A stretch of 64,000 bases of DNA from Eledone cirrhosa (taxonomy: Eukaryota), in contig OZ024766.1 in assembly GCA_964016885.1 (NCBI GenBank), forward strand, positions 3,844,001 to 3,908,000, given 5' to 3'. The notes under the pieces are model-generated. The model had not been told where the DNA came from, searched no databases, and saw nothing but the letters and a program-made list of their open reading frames with translations. The translations under genes were made by a program, and so were the position numbers. Positions 14,233-27,749 of this stretch are shown here, one piece after another (positions within the stretch are counted from its first letter, which is position 1; each line of letters starts with the position of its first letter).

Positions 14233-14650
14233 GATATATTAACAAATGGAAACTATATTTATAAAACCATATTTATTTCATTATACATATTTCAAGGACA
14301 CCAAGTTAAATTATGGTGTGCTTTCATCAGATAAAATATAATATAGAGCAGTTTTATAAATAAATATTGACATACCCTTATAGAATGCTTCCAACAGAAA
14401 TGGTTCCATTCTTTAAGGGTATGTCAATATTTATTTATAAAACTGATCTATATTATATTTTATCTGATGAAAGCACACCATAATTTAACTTGGTGTCCTT
14501 GAAATATGTATAATGAAATAAATATGGTTTTATAAATATAGTTTCCATTTGTTAATATATCATATTTTTACTCCAAATACTTGTTGAGTGCTTTATATCA
14601 GTTATAAAAATATTTTGCTTGTTGTATCCCAACAAATTAAATATAACCTC
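14232..14650. mobile_element. Foldback hammerhead-bearing element in (TA)n; related copies at ~3520-3835, ~13930-13980, ~16367-16510
   Basis: ~155 bp near-perfect inverted arms (14232-14561) followed by tail ttgagtgctttatatcagttata...ctac(TA)n. Confidence 0.7.
14456..14520 (+). ncRNA. Type I hammerhead ribozyme motif, with mirror copy on minus strand at 14274-14338
   Basis: UAUUUUAU-CUGAUGA-AAGcACACCA(loop)UGGUGUcCUU-GAAA-UAUGUA-UA-AUGAAAUA; lies in the arms of a ~330 bp inverted repeat. Confidence 0.75.
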
Positions 14651-14660
14651 TACATGTATA

Positions 14661-14718
<58 letters not shown>

Positions 14719-15527
14719 AATAAGGGCGCTGCGGAGTTGCAAATGGGTTACATATGAAAAAAGTTTGTCCTTCATCAGTGATCTTCCAACCATCATAGGC
14801 ATTTCATCGCTTTAAAGGCCATATACCTCCGGTTGGTGCGAGCAACGGCTAAAAAAAGTCGTTGGGACACGTAAATAAAGGGGACGCGAGGGTAAACAAA
14901 CAAAATGGTGAGGCAACAGAAAGTGAGGAAGAAGGAGACAAGTCCCAGATTTCTATGAATTTAAGTTCGGTGAAATCGTGAACGAGAGAATAAAGACCAT
15001 CAAACCTGGTTGAAATGTGAGCAAGGAAGGAATTATATATATATATGTATGTATGTATGTGTGCGAATTATATATATATATGTATGTATGTGTGCGAATT
15101 ATATATATATATGTATGTATGTGTGCGTCTGTCTTAAATATTCGTTCTCAGAACAAATTTAAAACTTTTCCCCTCTCTATATCTGTCCCAGGTGCCTGCG
15201 CGACGAGGAAACCGTTGCGCAGGCACTGGTACACTACCCTGGCATTGCCGATCTGTGGGGCTATGTCGAATGACTGCTCTCACGGGTGGCGCCAATCCGG
15301 TTGACCACCGAGTCCATTGTGACAATCAAGCCGCCTCCCCGCTTCGAAAACTATATCTCTATATCTAACTATATAACTATATATATATATATCTAACTAT
15401 ATATATATATATATATTTGTGGCAACTTCTGGTGTCCTTGGCCCTAGGGCTACCTCCCTACTCACCACAATGAAACAGTTCTAGTCCCGTAGAAGCCATT
15501 TCTATATTATATATTAAAAATATATAG

Positions 15528-16240
15528 TACATCAAGGTTTGGTCCTCAGCCCACTCTTATTCATTATAGTCCTCCAAGCCATAACAGAGGAGTTTAAGAC
15601 TGGCTGTCCATGGGAACTTCTCTATGCTGATGATCTGGTTCTTATAGCAGAATCAGTAGAGGAGCTAGAGAATAAATTCTGGCTATGGAAACAGCAGTTG
15701 GAAGCAAGAGGACTGAGGGTGAACATAGCTAAGACAAAAGTGTTGATGAGTAGAAAAGAGGACAAAACTCTGATTCCGTCAGGGAAATGGCCATGTTCGA
15801 TATGCAGAAAAGGAAATGGCATAAATTCTATAAAATGCACACAATGCAGATCCTGGGTACACAAGAGATGTAGCGGGATAGCAGGCAAACTAACAGGTAG
15901 GGAGAAATATGTATGCAGTAGATGTACAGGGAAATTAGAAAGTAGAAGTTGCAGTGATAGACACATTTTTCAAATGCAGGAGGGTGCTATAGAAGTGGTG
16001 GATAGCTTCCGGTACCTAGGTGATCAGATTAGCATGGGAGGGGGGTGTTCCGAGGCCATAGTGTCTAGAAAAAGGACGGGTTGGAAGAAGTTTAGGGAGC
16101 TGCTTCCTCTTCTGACGAAGAAGGGTTTCTCTCTGCGTACGAAAGGCCGGTTATATGATGCCTGTGTGAGGAGCGCGATGGTGCATGGTAGTGAGACATG
16201 GGCAGCAACTACAGAGGATATGCGATGGCTGGAGAGAGTG
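15528..16240 (+). mobile_element. RTE-clade LINE fragment (reverse transcriptase)
   Basis: HQG-VLSPLLF...LLYADDL...GLRVNIAKTK, Cys/His-rich insert CSICRKG...WVHKRC, FRYLGD, HGSETW; truncated at both ends. Confidence 0.93.
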
Positions 16241-16546
16241 TACCAAAGTTTTGGTACCCTTGAAATGTATATAATTGTTTCTACTTTAGACACAAGGCCA
16301 GCAAATACCCAGTGCATTACTGGTACTTTATTTTATCGACCCCGTAAGGATGAAAGGCAAAGTTAAATAGAATAAATATGGTTTTATAAATATAGTTTCC
16401 ATTTATTTTAATATCATTGTATATTATACTCCAGTAAACTGCTGAGTGCTCTAAATCAGTTATAAACATTTATGTTTGTCTGACTTCCAACAAATTAAAT
16501 ACAACTTCTATATATATATATATATGTATATATTGTATAGAAGGAG

Positions 16547-16593
16547 CTTCTACAGGACTAGTACTGTTTCATTCAGATGAAATCTTCAGGAAG
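16547..16593 (-). ncRNA. Type I hammerhead ribozyme motif (second family) inside palindrome 16531-16646
   Basis: CUUC-CUGAAGA-uUUC(aucu)GAAu-GAAA-CAG(uacuaguc)CUG-UA-GAAG; stem I differs compensatorily from the 12645 copy. Confidence 0.65.
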
Positions 16594-16944
16594 ATTTCAT
16601 CTGAATGAAACAGTACTAGTCCTGTAGAAGCTCCTTCTATACAATAAAAAATTTTTTACTCTGCCATGTATTGAGTACCTTACTTAATGTGGTTATCCCA
16701 GACTCAACCCGGGACCTACGTATATATGTATATATATATATATATATATGTATATATTACACACGTGTGTGTGTGGGGGGGGGGGGGGATTGGCCAAGTT
16801 TACTGTTACACAAATATAATCACCACTTGATATCAAATTAAATTACAAGACCGCCCACCCCACCCCCCATCCTTAACCCCCACCCCCACCCCTTCCCACT
16901 GTCCTACATTGCATAGCTTGCTTCCATTATTGTTTTTATCAGGA

Positions 16945-17535
16945 AGGGCGGTGGATTGGCAGTAACGGTAGAGGGTCGGACGCCATGCTTTGACGCATAG
17001 AGTTATGTCCCTTTACGATCTGAGTTCAAATCCCGCTGAGGTTGACTTTGCCTTTCATCCTTACGGAGGGTTGATAAAATAAAGTACCAGTAATGCACTG
17101 GGGTAATTGCTGGCCTTGTGCCTAAAGTAGAAACAATTATTTTTATATTTTATAAAATAAAGTACCAGTAATGTACTGGGGTAATTGCTGGCCTTGTGCC
17201 TAAAGTAGAAACAATTATTGTTTTTATCAGCAGAGTGTCAGGCGCCATGCTTTGCTTGCAGCACCGAGTTACGGCCCTTTACGTTCTGAGTTCAAATCCT
17301 GGCGAGGTTAACTTTGCCCTTTTTATCCTTACCGGAGGAGAAGGCGGGGGTCGACAAAATAAAGTACCAGTAATACACTGGGCATATGGCTGGCCTTGTG
17401 CCTGCTGCATAGAGTTACGGCCCTTTACGGTCTGAGTTCAAATCCCGCCGAAGGTTAGCTTTGCCTGTCACCTTTACAAGGGTTGATTAAATAAGGTACC
17501 AGTGATACACTGGGGAAATTGCTGGCCTTGTGCTT
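16945..17535 (+). mobile_element. Tandem cluster of ~3 tRNA-derived Nin-domain SINEs; minus-strand copies at ~16270-16366 and ~37500-37655
   Basis: B box gagttcaaatcc followed by gcctttcatcc...gtcgataaaataaagtaccag, resembling the Nin domain. Confidence 0.75.
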
Positions 17536-17779
17536 GCCGCATTATCTCTGTTTTATTGCTTTCTAAACAGGTTTCAGCCATTGGACTGTGGCCAGACTGG
17601 AGCATGGCCTTCAAGGGGATTTAATCGATCATATTGAACAGAGTTGTTTGTTCGGAGATTATGTTATTAATCTCACAAGGGGCCCCTAGCTGAAACCACC
17701 ACCACCACCATCACCACCACCACCACCATCGTCATCATCACCATTATAAATATCATCATCATCATCACCTCCATCATCA

Positions 17780-20392
17780 GTGTACCTGTTGTACCTGTTG
17801 TAAACCAGATATACACAGGGATACAGTGTACCTGTTGTAAACCAGGTATAGACAGGGATACAGTGTACCTATTGTAAACCAGGTATAGACAGGGATACAG
17901 TGTACCTGTTGTAAACCAGGTATAGACAGGGTTACAGTGTTCCTATTGTAAACCAGGTATAGACAGGGTTACAGTGTTCCTGTTGTAAACCAGGTATAGA
18001 CAGGGATACAGTGTACCTGTTGTAAACCAGGTATAGACAGGGATACAGTGTACCTGTTGTAAACCAGGTATAGACAGGGATACAGTGTACCTGTTGTAAA
18101 CCAGGTATACACAGGGATACAGTGTACCTGTTGTAAACCAGATATAGACAGGGATACAGTGTACCTGTTGTAAACCAGATATACACAGGGATACAGTGTA
18201 CCTGTTGTAAACTGGATATACACAGGGATACAGTGTACCTGTTGTAAACCAGGTATACACAGGGATACAGTGTACCTGTTGTAAACCAGATATACACAGG
18301 GATACAGTGTACCTGTTGTAAACCAGATATACACAGGGATACAGTGTACCTGTTGTAAACCAGATATACACAGGGATACAGTGTACCTGTTGTAAACCAG
18401 GTATAGACAGGGATACAGTGTACCTGTTGTAAACCAGATATAGACAGGGATACAGTGTACCTGTTGTAAACCAGGTATAGACAGGGATACAGTGTACCTG
18501 TTGTAAACCAGGTATAGACAGGGATACAGTGTACCTGTTGTAAACCAGGTATAGACAGGGATACAGTGTACCTGTTGTAAACCAGGTATAGACAGGGATA
18601 CAGTGTACCTGTTGTAAACCAGGTATAGACAGGGATACAGTGTACCTGTTGTAAACCAGGTATAGACAGGGATACAGTGTACCTGTTGTAAACCAGGTAT
18701 AGACAGGGATACAGTGTACCTGTTGTAAACCAGGTATAGACAGGGATACAGTGTACCTGTTGTAAACCAGGTATAGACAGGGATACAGTGTACCTGTTGT
18801 AAACCAGGTATAGACAGGGATACAGTGTACCTGTTGTAAACCAGGTATAGACAGGGATACAGTGTACCTGTTGTAAACCAGATATAGACAGGGATACAGT
18901 GTACCTGTTGTAAACCAGATATAGACAGGGATACAGTGTACCTGTTGTAAACCAGGTATAGACAGGGATACAGTGTACCTGTTGTAAACCAGGTATACAC
19001 AGGGATACAGTGTACCTGTTGTAAACCAGGTATACACAGGGATACAGTGTACCTGTTGTAAACCAGGTATACACAGGGATACAGTGTACCTATTGTAAAC
19101 CAGGTATAGACAGGGATACAGTGTACCTGTTGTAAATCAGATATACACAGGGATACAGTGTACCTGTTGTAAACCAGGTATAGACAGGGATACAGTGTAC
19201 CTGTTGTAAACCAGATATACACAGGGATACAGTGTACCTGTTGTAAACCAGGTATACACAGGGATACAGTGTACCTGTTGTAAACTAGATATACACAGGG
19301 ATACAGTGTACCTGTTGTAAACCAGGTATAGACAGGGATACAGTGTACCTGTTGTAAACCAGGTATAGACAGGGATACAGTGTACCTGTTGTAAACCAGG
19401 TATAGACAGGGATACAGTGTACCTATTGTAAACCAGATATAGACAGGGATACAGTGTACCTGTTGTAAACCAGGTATACACAGGGATACAGTGTACCTGT
19501 TGTAAACCAGGTATAGACAGGGATACAGTGTACCTGTTGTAAACCAGGTATACACAGGGATACAGTGTACCTGTTGTAAACCAGGTATACACAGGGATAC
19601 AGTGTACCTGTTGTAAACCTGATATAGACAGGGATACAGTGTACCTATTGTAAACCAGGTATAGACAGGGATACAGTGTACCTATTGTAAACCAGGTATA
19701 CACAGGGATACAGTGTACCTATTGTAAACCAGGTATACACAGGGATACAGTGTACCTGTTGTAAACCAGGTATACACAGGAATACAGTGTACCATTGTAA
19801 ACCAGGTATACACAGGGATACAGTGTACCTATTGTAAACCAGGTATACACAGGGATACAGTGTACCTATTGTAAACCAAGTACACACAGGGATACAGTGT
19901 ACCTATTGTAAACCAGGTATACACAGGGATACAGTGTACCTGTTGTAAACCAGGTATACACAGGGATACAGTGTACCTGTTGTAAACCAGGTATACACAG
20001 GGATACAGTGTACCTATTGTAAACCAGGTATAGACAGGGATACAGTGTACCTGTTGTAAACCAGGTATACACAGGGATACAGTGTACCTATTGTAAACCA
20101 GGTATAGACAGGGATACAGTGTACCTGTTGTAAACCAAGTACACACAGGGATACAGTGTACCATTGTAAACCAGGTATACACAGGGATACAGTGTACCTA
20201 TTGTAAACCAGATATACACAGGGATACAGTGTACCATTGTAAACCAGGTATACACAGGGATACAGTGTACCTGTTATAAACCAGATATACACAGGGATAC
20301 AGTGTACCTGTTGTAAACCAGATATACACAGGAATACAGTGTACTTATTGTAAACCAGGTATAGACAGGGTTACAGTGTACCTATTGTAAAC
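17780..20392. repeat. 37-bp minisatellite, ~70 units
   Basis: Unit cagtgtacctgttgtaaaccaggtatagacagggata. Confidence 0.98.
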
Positions 20393-20507
20393 GAATGAAA
20401 GTGGAGAAGGAATGGCTGGCTTGTGCGGTGTGGGGGAGCTGACCTCTGTGGGAGGGGGTGGAGAATGGCTGGCTGTGGAGGTAGAGTAGCTTTCACCTGT
20501 CCTCAAC
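20382..20507 (-). other. Candidate 126-nt symmetric exon (Ser/Pro-rich)
   Basis: tttgttttcaag| acceptor, AATAG|gtacac weak donor; open phase 2-2 frame LRTGESYSTSTASHSPPPPTEVSSPTPHKPAIPSPLSFVYN. Confidence 0.3.
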
Positions 20508-21215
20508 CTTGAAAACAAACGTGAAAATATTATGGGTGCGTGAGTGTCTGTGAATGTTTGTGTGTGTGTGTATGTGTGAATGTTTGTGTGTGTATGTGAT
20601 TGTGTGAATGTTTGTGTGTGTGTGTGTGTGTGTGAGTGTGTGTGTGTGTGTGAGTGAGTGTGTGATAACCTGGCAGAGTTGAGTTAAAGATAATCACAAC
20701 ATACCACCACCATCACACCACCACACCACCACCTCTATCAAGCCCTCCACCTCCCCCACAAAACTACCACCACTACCACCACCACAACACCATCACAACA
20801 ACAACACCACCACCACCATCACAACAGCACCACCACCACAACAACAACACCACCACCACCATCACCACAACACCACCACCACAACAACACCACCACCACC
20901 ATCACCACAACACCACCACCACCACAACAACAACACCACCACCATCAAAATAGTTAAGTGTGCAACAAGGAGGCTGTATAGAGGTCACAAGATAACACAC
21001 CACATCACCACCACCACCACCACCACCACCACCACACCACCACCATCACCATTAACACAACCAGGTCAGTCCAAGTCAGCTGGATGGAACAAGACAGGAC
21101 ACATTAGATAGTGTAGTCCTAGATACACTGTGTCATAAGTCGACTGTCTTTAGAAACTATATCGCATTTAGTGGGTGAAGGGAGGTAACTCCTCTCTTTA
21201 GTTAAAATTGTTGGT

Positions 21216-22175
21216 ACAGGATGATTAAAAATAAAAAAAAAATACATTAAACGCGTTCATGTTTTAGGTCACTGTATATTTATTTTCTAACTTATCAACT
21301 TTAAATTTCAGGACATGACAGATGCAACGTCTGAGAAGATAAACAGACCCAAGGGGAAGGTCCAGGATAAGATTTTCTGCTTGAAACAGACCCAGGAAAA
21401 ATTTCATGCATTTTTTGGAACCGGCAAATCTCCCTTCAAAATCAATATACAAAACTGGGTGAAGAAGTTAGAGACGTTTGGGAGAGTGGAGAACCTCAAT
21501 ACAATGTCTGAGGACCGTTGAACAGAGCCCCAAACAATCACTGCACAAGAGAAGCCAAGCCTTGGGTCTCTCCACAGAAACCTGCAGAAGGGTTGTCAAT
21601 GTACTGTGCATTGCCCTATGTACTGTACATGCACTTTTTTGATGAGTTGTGGTGCACCTGGGCACTGTGCACAATATTTCGTTATTGTTATTATATCATG
21701 ACTCATACACTGTTTATTTTCCTGACATTTGTACATTATTCTATGTACTATACATGCACCTTTGATGAGTTGTAGTGCACCTGAGCACTGTACACAATAA
21801 TTTCATTATTATTATTAAAAAGGAGCTTAGAAGTATCCCCCTACAGACTACAGACTAAACAAAAGCTTACAGTAGGTTATAAGACCAAGAGAAAGGTTAT
21901 GGCTGAGGAAATGCTGGAAGACAACCCAAGTTTTCTGAATCTGGTGTGTATCTCTGATAAATCCCACTTTCACTTAGAGGAGAAGATCAATGTTTTTGGG
22001 GTGTCAAAGAAACCTATTGAAGTGGCTGTGAAATCTCCCCACTTGGCTAAATGTCCTGCCTGGGCTGTCGTTTCTGAGAGAGGCTTGATTGGCCCATTGT
22101 TCTTTGAAGAGAATCGTGTTACAAAGGAAAACTTAAAAATGGAGCTACAAACCATGTACCCATCCCATCATCATC
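21216..22175 (+). mobile_element. Tc1/mariner-type transposase relic interrupted by a LINE 3'UTR fragment (~21600-21815)
   Basis: HTH-like QEKFHAFF...IQNWVKKLETFGRV and DDE-region SDKSHFHL...CPAWAVVSERGLIGPLFFE; frameshifted. Confidence 0.75.
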
Positions 22176-22231
22176 TTTTAATGTCTACCTTCCATGCTAG
22201 CATGGGTTAGATGGGAATTGTCCCACTTGAG

Positions 22232-23013
22232 GCAAACTACCTGCATCAGTTGTTAGCTGCCGTGACACTGCATCCTTTAAAACCTCCATGGAACAAACTC
22301 CCTACATCAGTTGTTAGCTGTCGAGACACTGCATCCTTTAAAACCTCCATGGAACAAACTACCTGCATCAGTTGTTAGCTGTCGAGACACTGCATCCTTT
22401 AAAACCTCCATGGAACAAACTACCTGCATCAGTTGTTAGCTGTCGAGACACTGCATCCTTTAAAACCTCCATGGAACAAACTCCCTACATCAGTTGTTAG
22501 CTGTCGAGACACTGCATCCTTTAAAACCTCCATGGAACAAACTACCTGCATCAGTTGTTAGCTGTCGAGACACTGCATCCTTTAAAACCTCCATGGAACA
22601 AACTACCTGCATCAGTTGTTAGCTGTCGAGACACTGCATCCTTTAAAACCTCCGTGGAACAAACTACTTGCATCAGTTGTTAGCTGTCGAGACACTACAT
22701 CCTTTAAAACCTCCATGGAACAAGCTACCTGCATCAGTTGTTAGCTGTCGAGACACTGCATCCTTTAAAACCTCCATGGAACAAACTCCCTGCATCAGTT
22801 GTTAGCTGTCGAGACACTACATCCTTTAAAACCTCCATGGAACAAACTCCCTGCATCAGTTGTTAGCTGTCGAGACACTACATCCTTTAAAACCTCCATG
22901 GAACAAACTACCTGCATCAGTTGTTAGCAGTCGAGACACTGCATCCTTTAAAACCTCCATGGAACAAACTACCTGCGTCGGTTGTTAGCTGTCGAGACAC
23001 TGCATCGTTTGGA
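22232..23013 (+). repeat. 61-bp minisatellite (~13 units) derived from a CR1/L2 3' end
   Basis: Unit reads WNKLPASVVSCRDTASFKTSM; a single-copy parent lies at ~41595-41665 (minus strand). Confidence 0.92.
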
Positions 23014-23214
23014 ACATAACTTAACAGAGGTTCTTACATGAAATTATGATGAAAGGTTTTTAGATAAATATGTAGGTGGTGGTTATGGTGGTGGTGGTGG
23101 TGGTGGTGGTGATGTGGTGGTGCCAGTGGTGGTGGTGCTTGGTGGTGTGTATAAATAGCTGTGATATTATTTTCAGCTGTTTTGGTGTATTCCAGTTAGT
23201 GATACTTTTTACAC

Positions 23215-23286
<72 letters not shown>

Positions 23287-23388
23287 CATCATCATCGTTT
23301 AACGTCTATCTTCCACGTTAGATGCGAATTGTCCCACTTTAGGCAAGATTGATCGGGTGACCTTGTCTCGCTCGTATAGGACTATCTA

Positions 23389-23447
<59 letters not shown>

Positions 23448-23455
23448 ATATATAA

Positions 23456-23496
<41 letters not shown>

Positions 23497-23934
23497 TAAA
23501 TCTACGAAGAGTTTACGGTAGTGTCCAATCCGTATGAAGAACTCAATGTAATCCGGATATCATGGAAAGAAGAGATGCAATGAAAAATCACTTTCGGTGA
23601 AAGATAAACGGAATACAGAGTCAAGATAAAATATTAAAAAAATAATGAATAAAACAATGAAACAGTTCCTTATATTAAACAAAAAAAGTTCATTATTTAA
23701 CGATCGTTTCTAGGACATATATGTGTTAGAATTGGTATGCATACTCAACAGATCTATGTACAAAATTATACAAAATTATACAAATTATCAAATATAATAT
23801 ACATACCAACACATACATATGCCGTCTTCAGACGGCTGACTGACTACACATTGCTTTTTCACAAACAAATATTATTAAAACGATATGACATACATGCTAT
23901 ATACATATATACAAGCTATATCTAAAAAATGTCT

Positions 23935-24445
23935 AAAGTCTGTCTTAAGCCATAAGGCTCATTTGACTGGTGCTTATCCCGGTTTCATGGCGTGAAGTTA
24001 CTGAGGGTACAAAACTTCCCCCTGGACAGGACACCAGTCCATCACAGGGTTAAAGTCTGTCTTAGTTTCATTGGTGTTAAGTGACTGAGAGTACAAGACT
24101 TCCCCCTGGACAGGACACCAGTCCATCACAGGGTTAAAGTCTGTCTTAGTTTCATTGGTGTTAAGTGACTGAGAGTACAAGACTTCCCCCTGGACAGGAC
24201 ACCAGTCCATCACAGGGTTAAAGTCTGTCTTAGTTTCATTGGTGTTAAGTGACTGAGAGTACAAGACTTCCCCCTGGACAGGACACCAGTCCATCACAGG
24301 GTTAAACCTCCAGCTATTGCTGATACTCATTTTCAGCTGAGTATACTGGAGCAATGTGAAATAAAGTGTCTTGCTCAAGGAAACAACACATCATCCGGTC
24401 TGAGAATTGAACTCACAACCTTTCGATTGCAAGGCCAATGCTCTA
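23935..24445 (-). mobile_element. Full-length copy of the same SINE with ~4 units of the 72-bp repeat
   Basis: Head 24445-24300, array 24000-24305, tail gaaaccgggataagcaccagtcaaatgagcc. Confidence 0.8.
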
Positions 24446-25213
24446 ACCACTAAGCCATCTGCCTCTATATATATATATATATACATAATATATAGACACA
24501 TACAATATATACATACACACACAATATATACATATATACATATGCACACAATATTTACACAATATATACACAATATATATATATACACACACAATATACA
24601 CATTGCACACACTATATATATATACACACATTATACACACTATATATATATATACACACATTATACAGCCTATATATATATATATATATACACACATTAT
24701 ACACACTATATATATATACACACATGATACACACTATATATATATATACACACATTATACAGCCTATATATATATATATATATACACACATTATACACAC
24801 TATATATATATACACACATGATACACCCTATATATATATATACACACATTATACACCCTATATATATATATACACACATTATACACACTATATATATATA
24901 TACACACATTATACACACTATATATATATATACACACATTATACACCCTATATATATATATATATACACATTATACACACACTATATATATATATACACA
25001 TTATACACACACTATATATATATATATATATACACATTATACACACTATATATATATATACATTATACACCCTATATATACACACTATATAGACCCTATA
25101 TATACACCCAATATATAAACACTATATATACACACTATATATATACACACTATATACACCCTATATATACACCCTATATATAACCACTATATATACACAC
25201 TATATACACACAC

Positions 25214-25307
25214 CTGCACTGAAGTATGCTGTGAGGAGGAGGGTAGGATTTAGCATAGTTAAGGTGTCCTAAGACTGGTTCCAGCAGAGATGTTGGTAAA
25301 CAGAAAC
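25214..25307 (-). other. Candidate small exon
   Basis: Unique island between microsatellites; C-rich tract and atcag| acceptor, GCAG|gtgtgt donor; one frame open throughout, and an ATG at 25256 gives MLNPTLLLTAYFSA. Confidence 0.3.
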
Positions 25308-25408
25308 CTGATATGGTGGGGGGGGGGGGGGGGGGGGGGGTGCCCGGGGGGGGGGGGGGTGCAGTCAGCTGCTAGACTAAATCTCATTTACACACACACA
25401 TATTAATA

Positions 25409-25445
<37 letters not shown>

Positions 25446-25488
25446 GTGTTTGTCAGTGTCTTTATATATATATATATGTGTGTGTGTG

Positions 25489-25580
<92 letters not shown>

Positions 25581-26459
25581 CATGTGTGTGTTTGTCAGTG
25601 TCTTTATATATATATATATATGTGTGTGTGTATGTATATATATATATGTGTGTTTATGTATATATATATATATGTATATGTGTGTGTGTATATATATGTG
25701 TTTGTATGTATATATATGTGTGTATGTATGTATATGTGTGTGTGTTTATGTATATATATATATGTGTGTATGTATATATATATGTGTGTATGTATATATA
25801 TATATATGTGTGTGTATGTATATATATATGTGTGTGTTTATATGTATATATATCTGTGTGTGTGTGTATGTATATATATATATATATGTGTATTTATATA
25901 TATATGTGTTTGTATGTATATATATGTGTTTATATGTATATATATCTGTGTGTGTGTGTATGTATATATATATATATATGTGTGTATGTATATATATATG
26001 TGTGTGTTTGTATGTATATATATATATATATATATATGTGTGTATGTATATATATATGTGTGTTTGTATGTATATATATATATATATGTGTATTTATATA
26101 TATATGTGTTTGTATGTATATATATGTGTGTGTATGTATATATATATATATATGTGTGTGTATGTATATATATATATATGTGTGTGTTTATATGTATATA
26201 TATGTGTGTGTGTATGTATACATATATATATGTGTGTGTGTGTATGTGTATATATATATGTTTGTGTGTATGTATATATATATATGTGTGTGTATGTATA
26301 TATACATATATAGGTGTGTTTATATGTATATATATATATGTGTGTTTGTGAGTGTATATATATATATATATATATATATAGGAACAAGTAGGACCCCGAC
26401 GGCTGAGCTCAAGCCGTTTCGACGGCTAATTACTTACCACATTTCCTTCGTTATATATA

Positions 26460-26531
<72 letters not shown>

Positions 26532-26703
26532 AGTGTGTATGTGTGTGTATATATATATAAATATAAATATGTATGTGTTTGTATGTGTATAAATATGTTT
26601 GTATGTCTATCTATATATATATACACATACAAACACATACATATTTATATTTATATATATATATACACACACAAATATATTCATGCATGTGTGTATAAAT
26701 ATG

Positions 26704-26814
<111 letters not shown>

Positions 26815-26818
26815 GCAC

Positions 26819-26849
<31 letters not shown>

Positions 26850-26930
26850 TACATATATATATAGCTAAAAGGACGGTGGGAATCGGGTGTGGTTTCATGG
26901 TGGTGGTGGTGGGTTGGGGGTGCTGAGTTA

Positions 26931-26960
26931 GTAGCTATGGTAACAGGTTGCCATGGCTAC
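26931..26960. promoter_or_regulatory. Inverted pair of RFX X-box-like motifs
   Basis: GTAGCTATGGTAAC-ag-GTTGCCATGGCTAC; each is close to the GTTGCCATGGCAAC consensus. Confidence 0.4.
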
Positions 26961-26964
26961 AACT

Positions 26965-26995
<31 letters not shown>

Positions 26996-27749
26996 GTAAC
27001 ACCAGGTACTTGGAAACTGAGATTATTTGGGGGTGGGTGGGGGTGGGGGAAGTTATGACAACTCACCTGATTGTTTTAACAACATCACAACACCACAACA
27101 TCATAACCACATGACCAATACCACATCACACCAATATCAACAACATCACAACACCATCACAACACCACAACAACAACATCACAACAACATCACAACAACA
27201 TCACAACACCACATCAACATCACAACAACATCACAACACCACATCAATATCACAACATCACAACAACACCACATCAACAACATCACAACATCGAGCCTTC
27301 ATCTCAACACCACAACAACAACAACACCACAACAACAACAACAACAACACAACAACACAACAACACAACAACAACACAACAACACCACAACAACAACACC
27401 ACAACAACAACACAACAACACCACAACCACAACAACACCACAACACCACAACAACAACACCACAACAACAACAACAACAACACAACAACACCACAACACA
27501 ACAACACATCAACAACAACAACAACAACAACACCACAACAACAACATCACAACACCATCACAACAACACATCAACAACACAACAACAACAACCACAACAA
27601 CAACACCACAACAACATCACAACACCGAGCCTTCATCTCAACACAACACCACAACAACCACAACAACATCACAACACCACAACAACAACATCACAACACC
27701 GAGCCTTCATCTCAACACAACAACACCACAACAACAACATCACAACACC

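Noticed and set aside
17932-20292. 380-528 aa ORFs in all three minus-strand frames
   Set aside because: The 37-bp unit lacks stops on that strand; not evidence of a standalone protein.
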